Positions 38,350 through 48,423 of a DNA stretch of 64,000 nucleotides are shown one piece after another (the first letter of the stretch is position 1; each line of letters begins with the position of its first letter). Source of the stretch: Candidatus Parcubacteria bacterium (GTDB lineage Bacteria > Patescibacteriota > Minisyncoccia > Phycocordibacterales > CAIZLB01); contig JBDKLC010000005.1 in the NCBI GenBank assembly GCA_039795775.1, forward strand, positions 379,958 to 443,957. Reading direction: 5' to 3'. The notes beneath the pieces were generated by a model that had not been told where the DNA came from, did no database searches, and saw nothing but the letters and a program-made list of their open reading frames with translations. Made by a program: the position numbers and the translations under genes.

Positions 38350-39927
38350 TTATTTTGTCGACACAAGCACCTGATCGCCAGCGGCAAGACCAGATACTAT
38401 TTCGATTTCACCATTATTATTAATGCTTCCTGTTTGTACCACTCGATCTTGAGATCCTGATGCAGATTTTACGGTTACCATTTTCTGACCGTTTTTGAGG
38501 AAGATTGCCTGTTGCGGAATGATGATGACATCTTGTCGTTTGTCAGTTTGAATAACAATGTTGGCTGTCATACCAGATTTGATTCGTTCATCATTCTGAG
38601 AAAATTGGAATGTCGCTTTGTATGTTGATACGCCATCAAGTACTGTTTCAGCCGGATCAAGTAATGTCACACTCGCATTAAATGGCGCATTTTTTCCATA
38701 TGCATCAAGAGTTACAGAGGCTTGCTGTCCGAGCTTGATCTTTGCAATGTCTGTCTCAGAAATATAACTTTCGATTTCGTAATTTGCTGCACTGATAAGT
38801 GAGATTACTGGACTATTTGGAGAAACAATCTCACCAGCTTTACCATCTACTTTTGTCACAATACCTTCAATCGGTGATGTAATAACTGTCTTTGCGTATG
38901 AAGCTCGAGCACTCTGAAGTTGCGCATATGCACTTTTTACCTGTGCAGCTTGTGCATCAATTTGTTCTCTTGTAGAACCGGCTCGTTTGAGAGCAAGTTG
39001 CTCTTGTGCTTTCTTGAGCTGAGCTGTGTATGTTGAATAACTTTGTTCAGCAGTAGTAAGACCACTCACTGCAGAACTTATATTTGTTCGCGCGAGAGAA
39101 ATATCACTCTTATATTTATCAATTGTTGTTTGAGAAAGTGATGGATTTGTTTCTACAGAAGACACCACGAGAGAAAGATCGTTAAGGAAGTTTCTCATTT
39201 GAGCTACGTTTGTTCGTGCATCAGTCAAATACGCAGACGTGTATGAATCTGATGTAAGAGTTGAAAGAGAATTCCCCCACTTTGTGAGCATTTCGCCTGC
39301 TCGAAGTCGCTGATCGTTGAGAGATGTTCTAAAGTTTGCAGATGTATTGTTTGAGTTAAATGGCAAAATTTCTGGTGTTGCACTTCGAGGATTTGAATAG
39401 AGCTGGTCAATTTTGTTTCGCACGGCATCATCAGCCTTTACATACGCGTCTTTTATTTCATCTACAATAGTGCGTTTTGATTGCTCAAGAGAAATTGTCG
39501 CACTATCTACATCTGACTGAGCGAGCGTGAGGTCTTCAGGTCGAGATCCTCGTTCGAGTTCATCGAGTCGAGCTTGTTCTGAGTCTACAATAGCCTGTCG
39601 CTGCGATACAGCTGCAGCATAGTCGCCGTTTGCCACATATGCGAGCACTTGTCCCGAAGCTACTTTTTCACCAACCTTCACTTTCACTTGAGCGATTCGT
39701 CCAGATGTTTCAAAACCGAGAGAAACATCCTGTGCAGAAACCACCTTACCTGTGACAGCTACTTCTTGTACGAATTCTTTAGGAGTTACCGTAACAATGT
39801 TTGTAGCAGAACTTGAACTTCCACTTGAAAAAGCAAAGGCACTTCCTGCGAGGAGGACAATGGCAAGAGGGATAGAAATAAGTGGGCGTTTAAGATACGA
39901 ACCAAGTGTGTGAATATGTTTTTTCAT
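38350..39927 (-). CDS. Efflux periplasmic adaptor (HlyD/MacA-like)
   Basis: GRIAQVKVKVGEKV lipoyl half-motif, long coiled coil, ITSPIEG, IKSGMTA. Confidence 0.9.
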   Translation of the reverse strand: MKKHIHTLGSYLKRPLISIPLAIVLLAGSAFAFSSGSSSSATNIVTVTPKEFVQEVAVTGKVVSAQDVSLGFETSGRIAQVKVKVGEKVASGQVLAYVANGDYAAAVSQRQAIVDSEQARLDELERGSRPEDLTLAQSDVDSATISLEQSKRTIVDEIKDAYVKADDAVRNKIDQLYSNPRSATPEILPFNSNNTSANFRTSLNDQRLRAGEMLTKWGNSLSTLTSDSYTSAYLTDARTNVAQMRNFLNDLSLVVSSVETNPSLSQTTIDKYKSDISLARTNISSAVSGLTTAEQSYSTYTAQLKKAQEQLALKRAGSTREQIDAQAAQVKSAYAQLQSARASYAKTVITSPIEGIVTKVDGKAGEIVSPNSPVISLISAANYEIESYISETDIAKIKLGQQASVTLDAYGKNAPFNASVTLLDPAETVLDGVSTYKATFQFSQNDERIKSGMTANIVIQTDKRQDVIIIPQQAIFLKNGQKMVTVKSASGSQDRVVQTGSINNNGEIEIVSGLAAGDQVLVSTK

Positions 39928-40138
39928 GATGAACTCGTGGCGACAAACTATTATTTTTTAATCATCTTAAATGTAGCATAAAAAAAGTCTTCCGTCTTCT
40001 GAAATTACCTATATATTGCAACATGTTAGCCATATTCCCCGATGTTTACATCTTATTAATTTCATGCTATAAATAAGTCCCTTAATCGGCTCCCGCCGTT
40101 TTTTGTTTGCCAGCAAATCAAGTAACTATTATCTAACA

Positions 40139-41926
40139 ATGGAAATTCGAAATATCGCTATTATCGCGCACGTGGACCACGGCAAAACTACAATCGTAGA
40201 TGCCATGATGAAATACACTGGTGCCGTTAAAGACACAGCAGTAAGTATGGACTCAAACGCCCTTGAACAGGAGCGTGGTATTACTATTTATGCCAAAAAT
40301 GCTTCTCTTACCTACAAAGGTACAAAGGTAAATATTATCGACACACCAGGTCACGCCGACTTCGGTTCAGAAGTAGAACGAGTACTTCGATCTATCGACT
40401 GTGTACTCCTCATTGTGGATGCACAAGAAGGCCCAATGCCACAGACTCGATTCGTACTCAAAAAGTCTATCGAACTTGGTCTCAAACCTATCGTAGTAAT
40501 GAACAAGCTCGACAAACCTGCTGCAAACCCAGATCGAGTACATGAAGAAATTCTCGAACTTTTCCTTGAACTCGGTGCTACAGATGATCAGCTCGACTTC
40601 CCTATCATTTATGCAATCGGACGAGATGGCAAAGCAAAGAAAAATCTTACAGATGAATTCGTAAACCTCGACCCATTGTTCGATATGATTCTCGATAAAG
40701 TAGCTCCAGCTAAACAGGCACTTCAAGAACCTCTCCGAGCTCAACCGTTCAACCTCGCATACGACAACTTCCTCGGCCGAATGGCTGTTGCCCGAATTTG
40801 GAGTGGTGTTGTAAAAAACGGACAGACTGTAACAATCAAAAAGCCAACGGGTGAAACACGAACTGGCCGAATTACAAAACTCTATATCTTCGAAGGTCTA
40901 GGTAAAAAAGAAGTTGAAGAAGCTATTTCTGGCGACGTAGCAATGATTGCCGGTCTTTCAGATATTTATATTGGAGAAACAATTACAGACTCAGCAGATG
41001 TAGAAGCTCTTCCTTCTATCAAGATCGATGAACCAACTATCTCCCTCAACTTCCTCGTAAACGACTCACCTTTTGCAGGACGAGACGGTAAATTCGTGAC
41101 AAGTCGACAAATCCGAGAACGACTTACAAACGAACTCGAAGTAAACGTTGGTCTTCAAATCGACTTCGGCGCAGCTGAAGCTTTCAAAGTATACGGACGA
41201 GGTGAACTCCACATCGCTGTACTCCTCGAAACAATGCGACGAGAAGGATACGAACTCCAGGTGTCTCAGCCTGAAGTAATCATCAAGAAAGTTGATGGTG
41301 CAGATCACGAACCATTTGAAGAAGTAGTTATCGATACACCAGATGAATTCTCAGGTGCTGTTATTGAAAAACTAGGACGACGAAAAGGCATCATGACTTC
41401 TATGAAGCAGAATGAAGGTATTACTCGAATGACATTTGATATTCCTACACGAGGACTTTTGGGCTACCGAAGTCAGTTCGTGGTAGATACAAAGGGTGAA
41501 GGTATTATGTCGAGTCGATTTATCGAATTCCGACCACACGTAGGTGTTATCGAAAAACGAGAAGTAGGCTCTATGGTTTCAATGGAAAATGGTAAAGCAC
41601 TTCACTTTGCACTTGGAAACCTCCAGGACCGAGGTGGACTCTACATTACTCCAGGAACTGAAGTGTACGCAGGTATGGTTGTTGGTAACACATCAAAGGG
41701 TGATGAAATGGAAGTAAACCCTGCGAAGGCTAAACAGCTTACAAACATGCGAGCTTCTGGTACAGACGAAACAATCTACCTTGCCCCAGCTCTTGAAATC
41801 ACAATCGAACGAGGTCTTGAAATCATCAGTGATGACGAATACCTCGAAGTAACTCCACACTTCTGTCGAATTCGAAAGAAGTTCCTCACAAAGTCAGATC
41901 GAGATAAGGCAAACCGAAAAGGCTAA
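40139..41926 (+). CDS. typA: Translational GTPase TypA/BipA
   Basis: IRNIAIIAHVDHGKTT, DTPGHADFG, GPMPQTRFV, GRGELH, TNMRASG. Confidence 0.97.
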   Translation: MEIRNIAIIAHVDHGKTTIVDAMMKYTGAVKDTAVSMDSNALEQERGITIYAKNASLTYKGTKVNIIDTPGHADFGSEVERVLRSIDCVLLIVDAQEGPMPQTRFVLKKSIELGLKPIVVMNKLDKPAANPDRVHEEILELFLELGATDDQLDFPIIYAIGRDGKAKKNLTDEFVNLDPLFDMILDKVAPAKQALQEPLRAQPFNLAYDNFLGRMAVARIWSGVVKNGQTVTIKKPTGETRTGRITKLYIFEGLGKKEVEEAISGDVAMIAGLSDIYIGETITDSADVEALPSIKIDEPTISLNFLVNDSPFAGRDGKFVTSRQIRERLTNELEVNVGLQIDFGAAEAFKVYGRGELHIAVLLETMRREGYELQVSQPEVIIKKVDGADHEPFEEVVIDTPDEFSGAVIEKLGRRKGIMTSMKQNEGITRMTFDIPTRGLLGYRSQFVVDTKGEGIMSSRFIEFRPHVGVIEKREVGSMVSMENGKALHFALGNLQDRGGLYITPGTEVYAGMVVGNTSKGDEMEVNPAKAKQLTNMRASGTDETIYLAPALEITIERGLEIISDDEYLEVTPHFCRIRKKFLTKSDRDKANRKG

Positions 41927-41980
41927 TCTCCTATCAAAACTCAGACTAAGAATATACCCGAATCACATCGGGTATTTCTT

Positions 41981-42115
41981 TTACTTTTTTTTCAAAAATG
42001 TGACTACAATGTTGATTGCTCTGCGAACATACTCCAAGAACCACGCAATATGAATAATGCTCCGAGGAACATAGAGTCCCATAAAACAACCAACGATAAA
42101 AGATCTTTTTTTCAT
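41981..42115 (-). CDS. Possible small protein (44 aa)
   Basis: MKKRSFIVGCFMGLYVPRSIIHIAWFLEYVRRAINIVVTFLKKK fills the intergenic gap; no homology evidence. Confidence 0.3.
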   Translation of the reverse strand: MKKRSFIVGCFMGLYVPRSIIHIAWFLEYVRRAINIVVTFLKKK

Positions 42116-42216
42116 ATCTGATACTACTCTCTCATACTGACCATTAATTTTTTATAAAAAAATGATAAACAAAAAACACCCGCGTAGTGCGGGTGTTTTT
42201 TGTATGTTCGAGAGGA

Positions 42217-42534
42217 TTAGTAATCCTGTCGATCTCGTCGTGGTGGTCGAGAATCTCGTGAACCGAAATCTCGTCGTGGTGGCATGTCTGTCTTTGGTCG
42301 TGCTTCATTTACAATGAGCGCTCGTCCATCGAGAGGCTGGCCATTCCACATGTCGATAGCAGCTTGTGCAGCACTATCTTCAATTTCAACAAACGCAAAA
42401 CCTCGTGATCGGTTTGTTGGTTTTTCCATTACGATTTCGGCAGAAATCACGTTTCCTGCCTTTGAGAAGGCATCCTTAAGAGCATCTGATGTTGTGCTCC
42501 AAGAAAGGTTACCTACATAAAGTCTCTTTGACAT
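42217..42534 (-). CDS. RRM RNA-binding protein
   Basis: RNP2 LYVGNL, RNP1 RGFAFVE, VNEARP; Arg/Asp-rich tail. Confidence 0.93.
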   Translation of the reverse strand: MSKRLYVGNLSWSTTSDALKDAFSKAGNVISAEIVMEKPTNRSRGFAFVEIEDSAAQAAIDMWNGQPLDGRALIVNEARPKTDMPPRRDFGSRDSRPPRRDRQDY

Positions 42535-42769
42535 GTATATTTACTGTTACTTTTATTCTATCCATAAACCCCTCTATGGCCGAAGTAACTGGCTAGTGAG
42601 AATCTACGAACCTACTAATAGTACTCTATTAGCCCATATTTAGCAAATACTATCAACACCCTTGTCAAGACCTCTTCATATTTTCTTCATAATAATTTTA
42701 TCTTTATTTCATACCCTAATTTCTACAATTCTTTATTATCACCTTAAAAATGAGTTAAAATATACATAT

Positions 42770-43441
42770 ATGCGAGTCTTAATTATTGAAGATGACGAAC
42801 AAACACGAAAGGCTTTAGAAGCTCACCTGACATCTGAGTCATACACAGTTGATACAGCTGACAATGGTGAGACTGGTTCATACATAGCGCGAACAAATGA
42901 CTATGATTTGATCTTGCTCGACAATATGCTTCCAAAAAAGATGGGCCTCGATGTTTGCAAAGACATTAGAAATGCAGGTAAAAAGACACCCATAATCTTG
43001 GTGTCTGTAGTTTCAGATATACAAGAAAAAGTCGCATTACTCGAAAGTGGTGCTGATGATTATCTGACAAAACCATTCAGTTTTTCAGAGCTCCACGCAC
43101 GCATGAAGGCACTGCTTCGACGCCCCTATACTATTTCAGAAGAAGTCATTACTCTTGATGACCTCACAGTCGATGTTAGCCGGCATACAGTTAAAAAAGG
43201 TGAAAAGAATGTATACCTCACACGCAAAGAATTTATGCTCCTTGAGTGTCTTATGAAAAATGGTGGCCAAGTAGTGTCTCGAGCTCAGATAATGGAGCAA
43301 GTGTGGAACTACGACAGCGACCCATTTTCAAACACCATAGAAGCTCATGTTCGAAATCTTCGAAAGAAACTTGATAAAGGAAAAAAGAAACTCATTCACA
43401 CAGTATCAGGACGTGGATACAAGCTCGATCGACAAAAATAG
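42770..43441 (+). CDS. OmpR/PhoB-family response regulator (no kinase nearby)
   Basis: LIIEDD, ILLDNMLP, GADDYLTKPF, LTRKEF..L, HTVSGRGY. Confidence 0.93.
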   Translation: MRVLIIEDDEQTRKALEAHLTSESYTVDTADNGETGSYIARTNDYDLILLDNMLPKKMGLDVCKDIRNAGKKTPIILVSVVSDIQEKVALLESGADDYLTKPFSFSELHARMKALLRRPYTISEEVITLDDLTVDVSRHTVKKGEKNVYLTRKEFMLLECLMKNGGQVVSRAQIMEQVWNYDSDPFSNTIEAHVRNLRKKLDKGKKKLIHTVSGRGYKLDRQK

Positions 43442-43646
43442 ATTTGAACAAAAATTTATAAAATCTTAAGCACTCGTAGTACATACTGTACGCGGAACAC
43501 TGGTCGAGTGTTCCTGAGCTTTATATCTAGTGAAACGTTAAATCCTAAAAATCCTTCGTGAATAATCTCGCGAAGGATTTTTATATGTTTATTTATATCC
43601 TTATTAGTGATGTGAATGACTATGTGTATGCAAACGTTCAGCGAAA

Positions 43647-44102
43647 TTACACTTTATGCTTTGGTACACATTTTTTGCAGATACCAAATAGCTCGAGGGT
43701 ATGTTCGGTAATGACTGAAAATTGCTTTAGTTTCTTTGACATATTGTGTAACGCTTTCTCTGTCGGTGCATCAGAAATATGTTCTACCACGCCACACCCA
43801 GTACAAACCACGTGGTGATGGTGACCATGTTCATGCGCAATTTCATATCGAAGAAGTCCGTCATTAAGTTGTACCTGGTCAATAATACCAAGACTCTCAA
43901 ATGTATGTAACGTTCTATATATAGTTGCTCTATCTGATGCAACATGTTTGTTCACTTTTTCAAATATATCATCTGCAGACAACAGCTGTGGTGACGTCTC
44001 GAGCACTTGAAGCAACGCCTTTCGCGATTTTGTCACTTTCAATTTATGTTTCTTTAGTGGATGGAGATGAAGTTGGTGTGTTTCCATATGTACAGCAATC
44101 AT
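43647..44102 (-). CDS. Fur/Zur-family transcriptional regulator
   Basis: ATIYRTL, HHHHVVCTGC and C-terminal GICKKC. Confidence 0.92.
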   Translation of the reverse strand: MIAVHMETHQLHLHPLKKHKLKVTKSRKALLQVLETSPQLLSADDIFEKVNKHVASDRATIYRTLHTFESLGIIDQVQLNDGLLRYEIAHEHGHHHHVVCTGCGVVEHISDAPTEKALHNMSKKLKQFSVITEHTLELFGICKKCVPKHKV

Positions 44103-44130
44103 ACGCCATAATTACTAAAATAACAATATT

Positions 44131-44149
44131 AATGCGACTTAATTGCATT
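44131..44149. promoter_or_regulatory. Putative Fur-family box (9-1-9)
   Basis: AATGCGACT-T-AATTGCATT imperfect palindrome in the divergent intergenic region. Confidence 0.55.
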
Positions 44150-44238
44150 TAGATTAAACATATGCAATACTATTTTTGGACAACAAAAAATCCTGACTCC
44201 TACGAGCAGGACGTCCTTAGAAGGGAGAACAAACACAG

Positions 44239-44394
44239 ATGAAACTTCAAAAACGAATTGGCCTGCGTATCGCAGCCACTGCACAAGCGACCGTGAGCAC
44301 TGGGGATAAGAACAGCCCTGCTGCCGCCGGATGCCGCTGCGGAGGAAATGGCTGCAGCTCATGCGCCGAAGAAACTGCACAAGGAAGCAAATAG
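44239..44394 (+). CDS. Cys-rich micropeptide (51 aa)
   Basis: SD AAGGGAG; MKLQKRIGLRIAATAQATVSTGDKNSPAAAGCRCGGNGCSSCAEETAQGSK; terminator at about 44424-44465. Confidence 0.55.
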   Translation: MKLQKRIGLRIAATAQATVSTGDKNSPAAAGCRCGGNGCSSCAEETAQGSK

Positions 44395-44491
44395 CTCGCA
44401 CCTCACAGGTCCGAGCTACACATAACGGGTTCGTCTCTCACGAGGCGGACCCGTTCTTATTTTAATACGACAAATGCTACAATGTATTCAT

Positions 44492-44932
44492 ATGAAAAAA
44501 GTTATTGATTTAGTGAGCAAAAATGCTCTTTACCTTGCACTTATTCAAGTCATTGTGGCTATACTTGGGAGTTTGTATTTTAGTGAAATAAAGCAGTATC
44601 CCCCATGCGTACTTTGCTGGTACCAGCGAATAGCTATGTATCCATTAATGCTTATCCTTATTATCGGTATTCTCACAAAGGATAAGCTCACACACTATTA
44701 TGTGCTTTCTCTTACCTTCATCGGCTGGCTTATTTCTATCTATCACAATCTCTTGTACTACAAGGTACTTCCTGAAGCGGCAGCTCCATGTGTAGCTGGT
44801 ATTTCATGTACGACAAAATACATTGAATGGTTTGGATTCGTCACTATTCCACTCTTGGCATTCCTTGGATTCAGTACTATTATCATTCTTATGTTCCTCC
44901 ACCGACGATACATTCGGTCTGAACAGAACTAA
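44492..44932 (+). CDS. dsbB: Disulfide bond formation protein B (DsbB/BdbC)
   Basis: GSLYFSE..PCVLCWYQRIAMYP and second Cys pair PCVAGISC. Confidence 0.9.
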   Translation: MKKVIDLVSKNALYLALIQVIVAILGSLYFSEIKQYPPCVLCWYQRIAMYPLMLILIIGILTKDKLTHYYVLSLTFIGWLISIYHNLLYYKVLPEAAAPCVAGISCTTKYIEWFGFVTIPLLAFLGFSTIIILMFLHRRYIRSEQN

Positions 44933-44952
44933 CCCTTAATTTAATATCTTAT

Positions 44953-45636
44953 ATGAGTACAGAAACTAAAGTAGTCAGTGGCATTGTGTTGGTTACAATT
45001 CTTATTATCATCGGTGGTATTTTTGCTATCAATAAACAAAGTAACAAAGCTGCGTCAGTGACAATAAAGCCTGACCTTGTAGATCGAGCGGACGCACCTC
45101 GTGCAGGCTCAAGTACAAAAGTAATCATTACAGAATTCGCTGATTTCGAATGTCCTGCATGTGCAGTTCTCAGTCCTGAACTCAAACGACTTCTTGAAAC
45201 AGACGGAGACAAATTCACTCTTGTATATCGTCACTTCCCTATTCATAGTCACTCATATGAAGCAGCCGCTGTAGCTCTCGCCGCTGGTGAACAAGGGAAG
45301 TTCTTCCAGATGTCCGAAGTACTCTTTGACAAACAGTCTGAGTGGACGCCAGCTTCTGCTAACAGAACTACTCTCTTTGAAAAATATGCTACTCAACTAG
45401 GCCTTGATATCGCTAAGTTCCGAGTATCTGTAAAAGATCCTAAACATGAAGAAAGTGTAAATAAAGACCGACGGGATGCAACAGCTATGGGCATCAACTC
45501 AACTCCAACTCTCATTATCAACGGTACAGAGGCTGTACGAGGTGCCATTCCATATGAGACACTTCGAAAACTTGTTCTTGAGGCTTACAACGCTACAGGC
45601 ACAAGTGCGCTAACATCTGCTTCATCTACAAGATAG
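44953..45636 (+). CDS. DsbA-family thiol-disulfide oxidoreductase
   Basis: EFADFECPAC, YRHFP, GINSTPT; N-terminal TM. Confidence 0.92.
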   Translation: MSTETKVVSGIVLVTILIIIGGIFAINKQSNKAASVTIKPDLVDRADAPRAGSSTKVIITEFADFECPACAVLSPELKRLLETDGDKFTLVYRHFPIHSHSYEAAAVALAAGEQGKFFQMSEVLFDKQSEWTPASANRTTLFEKYATQLGLDIAKFRVSVKDPKHEESVNKDRRDATAMGINSTPTLIINGTEAVRGAIPYETLRKLVLEAYNATGTSALTSASSTR

Positions 45637-45681
45637 AAAGCAGTTAGTTATAAATATAATTTAAATTACTTCTGAATATAT

Positions 45682-46008
45682 ATGAAAAATTTTATTTCTG
45701 AATTCCAAGAATTCGCTATTAAAGGAAATGTACTTGATCTCGCTATTGGTGTGATCGTAGGTGCAGCCTTCGGCAAAATAGTAGAATCTCTCGTTAAAGA
45801 CATTATTATGCCTCTCATTGGCCTTATGGGTAACGTAGACTTTTCAGATTTCTCACTCGGACCTGTACACATCGGCCTCTTCGTAAATAACGTAGTAAAC
45901 TTCCTTATCGTTGCCTTTTCAATCTTTATTGTCGTAAAACAAATCAACAGATTCCGACGAAAAGAAGAGAAAAAAGATGCAGCAGAAGCAGCAAATCAGG
46001 CAAAGTAA
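45682..46008 (+). CDS. mscL: Large-conductance mechanosensitive channel
   Basis: [33 protein letters not shown]; short C-terminus. Confidence 0.95.
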   Translation: MKNFISEFQEFAIKGNVLDLAIGVIVGAAFGKIVESLVKDIIMPLIGLMGNVDFSDFSLGPVHIGLFVNNVVNFLIVAFSIFIVVKQINRFRRKEEKKDAAEAANQAK

Positions 46009-46189
46009 AACCCTCTCAACAATCCGACCGCGATAGACAAATTCGCCATTTCATGTTAATGTAGTGGCGAATTTTGTTTATGACCGCCTTCCAGTAGGCA
46101 CAACCCAGTCAAACACAAATAACCCAACCACAAGACATTCATCGTCTGCTGGAAAGCGGTGCAATGTTCTTTTTCTTATAAATGTTCAA

Positions 46190-46615
46190 ATGAAAATGTC
46201 CACACTTGGGAATTTTGATGCTGACCTCCTCTATTACTTATATGAGGTAGCACCCAAAGAGAAACACGCCCGAAGGGTCAACCGCGCAGCCCAACTCCGA
46301 GACGGCATTTATGCCGTAGAGGATTCAAGAGGCTATTGCTGCATCTATGTCAACCGCGAACTATGGGAGACCAAGAATCTTCATGCGTTCAAGGATGAAG
46401 TCCGTGCAGAGTGTTTTGAAGAAACAGATATCTTTCTCCTCGATGGAGCAAACTTCCGGCCCCAGGTTCAAGGTATCTTTGAAGCACTAGATGCTGCAAA
46501 TGAGCACATCAAGTCGCGGAGCGACGATAAACACCGGTTACTGTTTAAGTCAAACATCGTGACCTACGACGCGGCAGGCTTCTACGAACTAATGGCCACG
46601 GCTGCAGTAGCCTAA
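46190..46615 (+). CDS. Hypothetical protein (orphan)
   Basis: ATG 46190 after a structured leader; hairpin at about 46640-46682. Confidence 0.55.
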   Translation: MKMSTLGNFDADLLYYLYEVAPKEKHARRVNRAAQLRDGIYAVEDSRGYCCIYVNRELWETKNLHAFKDEVRAECFEETDIFLLDGANFRPQVQGIFEALDAANEHIKSRSDDKHRLLFKSNIVTYDAAGFYELMATAAVA

Positions 46616-46713
46616 AGCGCCAAAATAAGACCTCCCCCAAACACCGTCCTGGTGAGCCCCACAAGCTTATCAGGCGGTTTTATTTTGACCAAATAGTCTG
46701 CTAATCACGAACC

Positions 46714-48402
46714 TTACATTTCAATATTTTCAGGTTCTGAGACAACGACACGAGATGTAAATCCAAGCTTCTGATGGAATGAATGCCATACTTCCGCAAT
46801 CTCTTCATTACGAAGCACTACGAATGTACAAACAGTGATAACAAGACCAACAATCGCTCCGCCTAGGCCCTGAAGGAAAATACCCGGGAGTGTGTTGAGA
46901 TTGAGGTAATCATCCAAAATATTGAGTGTAAGATACGCAGCAAATCCTCCAAGGATACCGGCTTGAAGACTACTAAAGAATGATGGCATTACTCTCGCAG
47001 TAAAGTTTCCGAATTCTTTTTGGAACATATACCAGAAGATAAGCGCGTTTATAATTGTTCCTAAAGTAAATCCAAGTGGAAGCATAATGATTCCCGATCC
47101 ATTGATACCTTCTATCTTGAACAAAGACTCAATAAAATATCTGAACATTTCTGAACCATTGAAAAGCTGGAGAAGGAAGAATGGCAAACTGATCGTGATA
47201 ATTGATGAAATAACATTTACGATAAGAGGTCGTCGAGTTTTTCCTGCCGCGTAATACGCTCGTACAAAAAGAATTTCAAGTCCTTGGGCAACAAGAGACA
47301 CAATAAACATAGCTACGCACGCAGCTGTGAGACGTGTGTGTTCCCAATTGAATGAACCTGAACCAAGAATCGTTCTCACGATCTGCGCTCGAAGCACAAT
47401 GAAGAGAACTGTGATCGGCACTGACCAAAATATAATATGCCGTGCCGCAAGTACCACATGATCAACAAACTTTTGAGTTTCCCCTTTTGCAAAATAACCT
47501 GACAGTGTTGGAAACGCTGCAAGAGCATAACTCACGGCAACAATAGAAAATGGTACTGACTGAAGGTTTGTAGCAAAGTTGAAGATCGCAATAGAGCCGA
47601 TGGTCAAATATGAAGCGTATGACGTAAGGAAAATAAGCTCAATCTGACTTGCTGAAAGTGTTATTGTTCGCGGAATAGAATGTATGAAAATGTTTTTAAC
47701 TACGCTCATATCAATATTGAATCTGATACGTGGAATCAAACCGAAACTTTGTACATATGGAATCTGAATAGCGAAGTGCATCAAACCTCCAATAACCACT
47801 CCCATCACTAAGCCCATGAGACCAAAATGAGGATACAACACGACGATACCGAAAATAATTGCGATGTTATAAAAGATTGGACTAATAGCGTAAATAATAA
47901 ATCGCTTACTAATCTGAGTAATAACACCCAAGAGGTTTGAAATTCCCAAACAAATTGGCTGGAGGAGCAGTACTCGAGAGAGCAAAATAACTTCCGCTTG
48001 TGCAGCAGGATCTGAAATACCCGGCAAGATAAATGTCACAATATGTGGCATCAAAAACCAGGCTATTGCTGAAATGACTATGATAATTGTCATGAATACC
48101 GTAAAGATTGTATCCATGAGTCTCGCCGCCTCTTCTTTTTTCTTTTCAAATATTTCTGTGAAGAACGGAATGAGAATAGAAATAGATACCAAAGAAGCTA
48201 CCGAGGCATAAATAAAATCAGGCACTCGGAAAGCTGCATAGTAGACGTCGAGTGTCTGACTCGCACCAAATGAATGTGCTAAAAGTCTGTCTCGGAAGAG
48301 AGCAAGAATAGACGAAAGCAAGGTAAAAAAACCAAGGAGAAAAGCTGCTTGATGAACACCAGCGATCTCCTGATGAATGAGTTGGATGAATTTCTTAACC
48401 AT
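46714..48402 (-). CDS. murJ: Lipid II flippase MurJ/MviN
   Basis: RDRLLAHSFGA..LDVYYAAFRVPD, FPTLS, RAYYAAGKTRRP. Confidence 0.9.
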   Translation of the reverse strand: MVKKFIQLIHQEIAGVHQAAFLLGFFTLLSSILALFRDRLLAHSFGASQTLDVYYAAFRVPDFIYASVASLVSISILIPFFTEIFEKKKEEAARLMDTIFTVFMTIIIVISAIAWFLMPHIVTFILPGISDPAAQAEVILLSRVLLLQPICLGISNLLGVITQISKRFIIYAISPIFYNIAIIFGIVVLYPHFGLMGLVMGVVIGGLMHFAIQIPYVQSFGLIPRIRFNIDMSVVKNIFIHSIPRTITLSASQIELIFLTSYASYLTIGSIAIFNFATNLQSVPFSIVAVSYALAAFPTLSGYFAKGETQKFVDHVVLAARHIIFWSVPITVLFIVLRAQIVRTILGSGSFNWEHTRLTAACVAMFIVSLVAQGLEILFVRAYYAAGKTRRPLIVNVISSIITISLPFFLLQLFNGSEMFRYFIESLFKIEGINGSGIIMLPLGFTLGTIINALIFWYMFQKEFGNFTARVMPSFFSSLQAGILGGFAAYLTLNILDDYLNLNTLPGIFLQGLGGAIVGLVITVCTFVVLRNEEIAEVWHSFHQKLGFTSRVVVSEPENIEM

Positions 48403-48423
48403 GCACGTATATTACCCTATTAT

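Noticed and set aside
43510-43540. Hammerhead ribozyme (CTGA...GAAAC)
   Set aside because: The core CUGANGA is not matched and the three-stem junction cannot be drawn.
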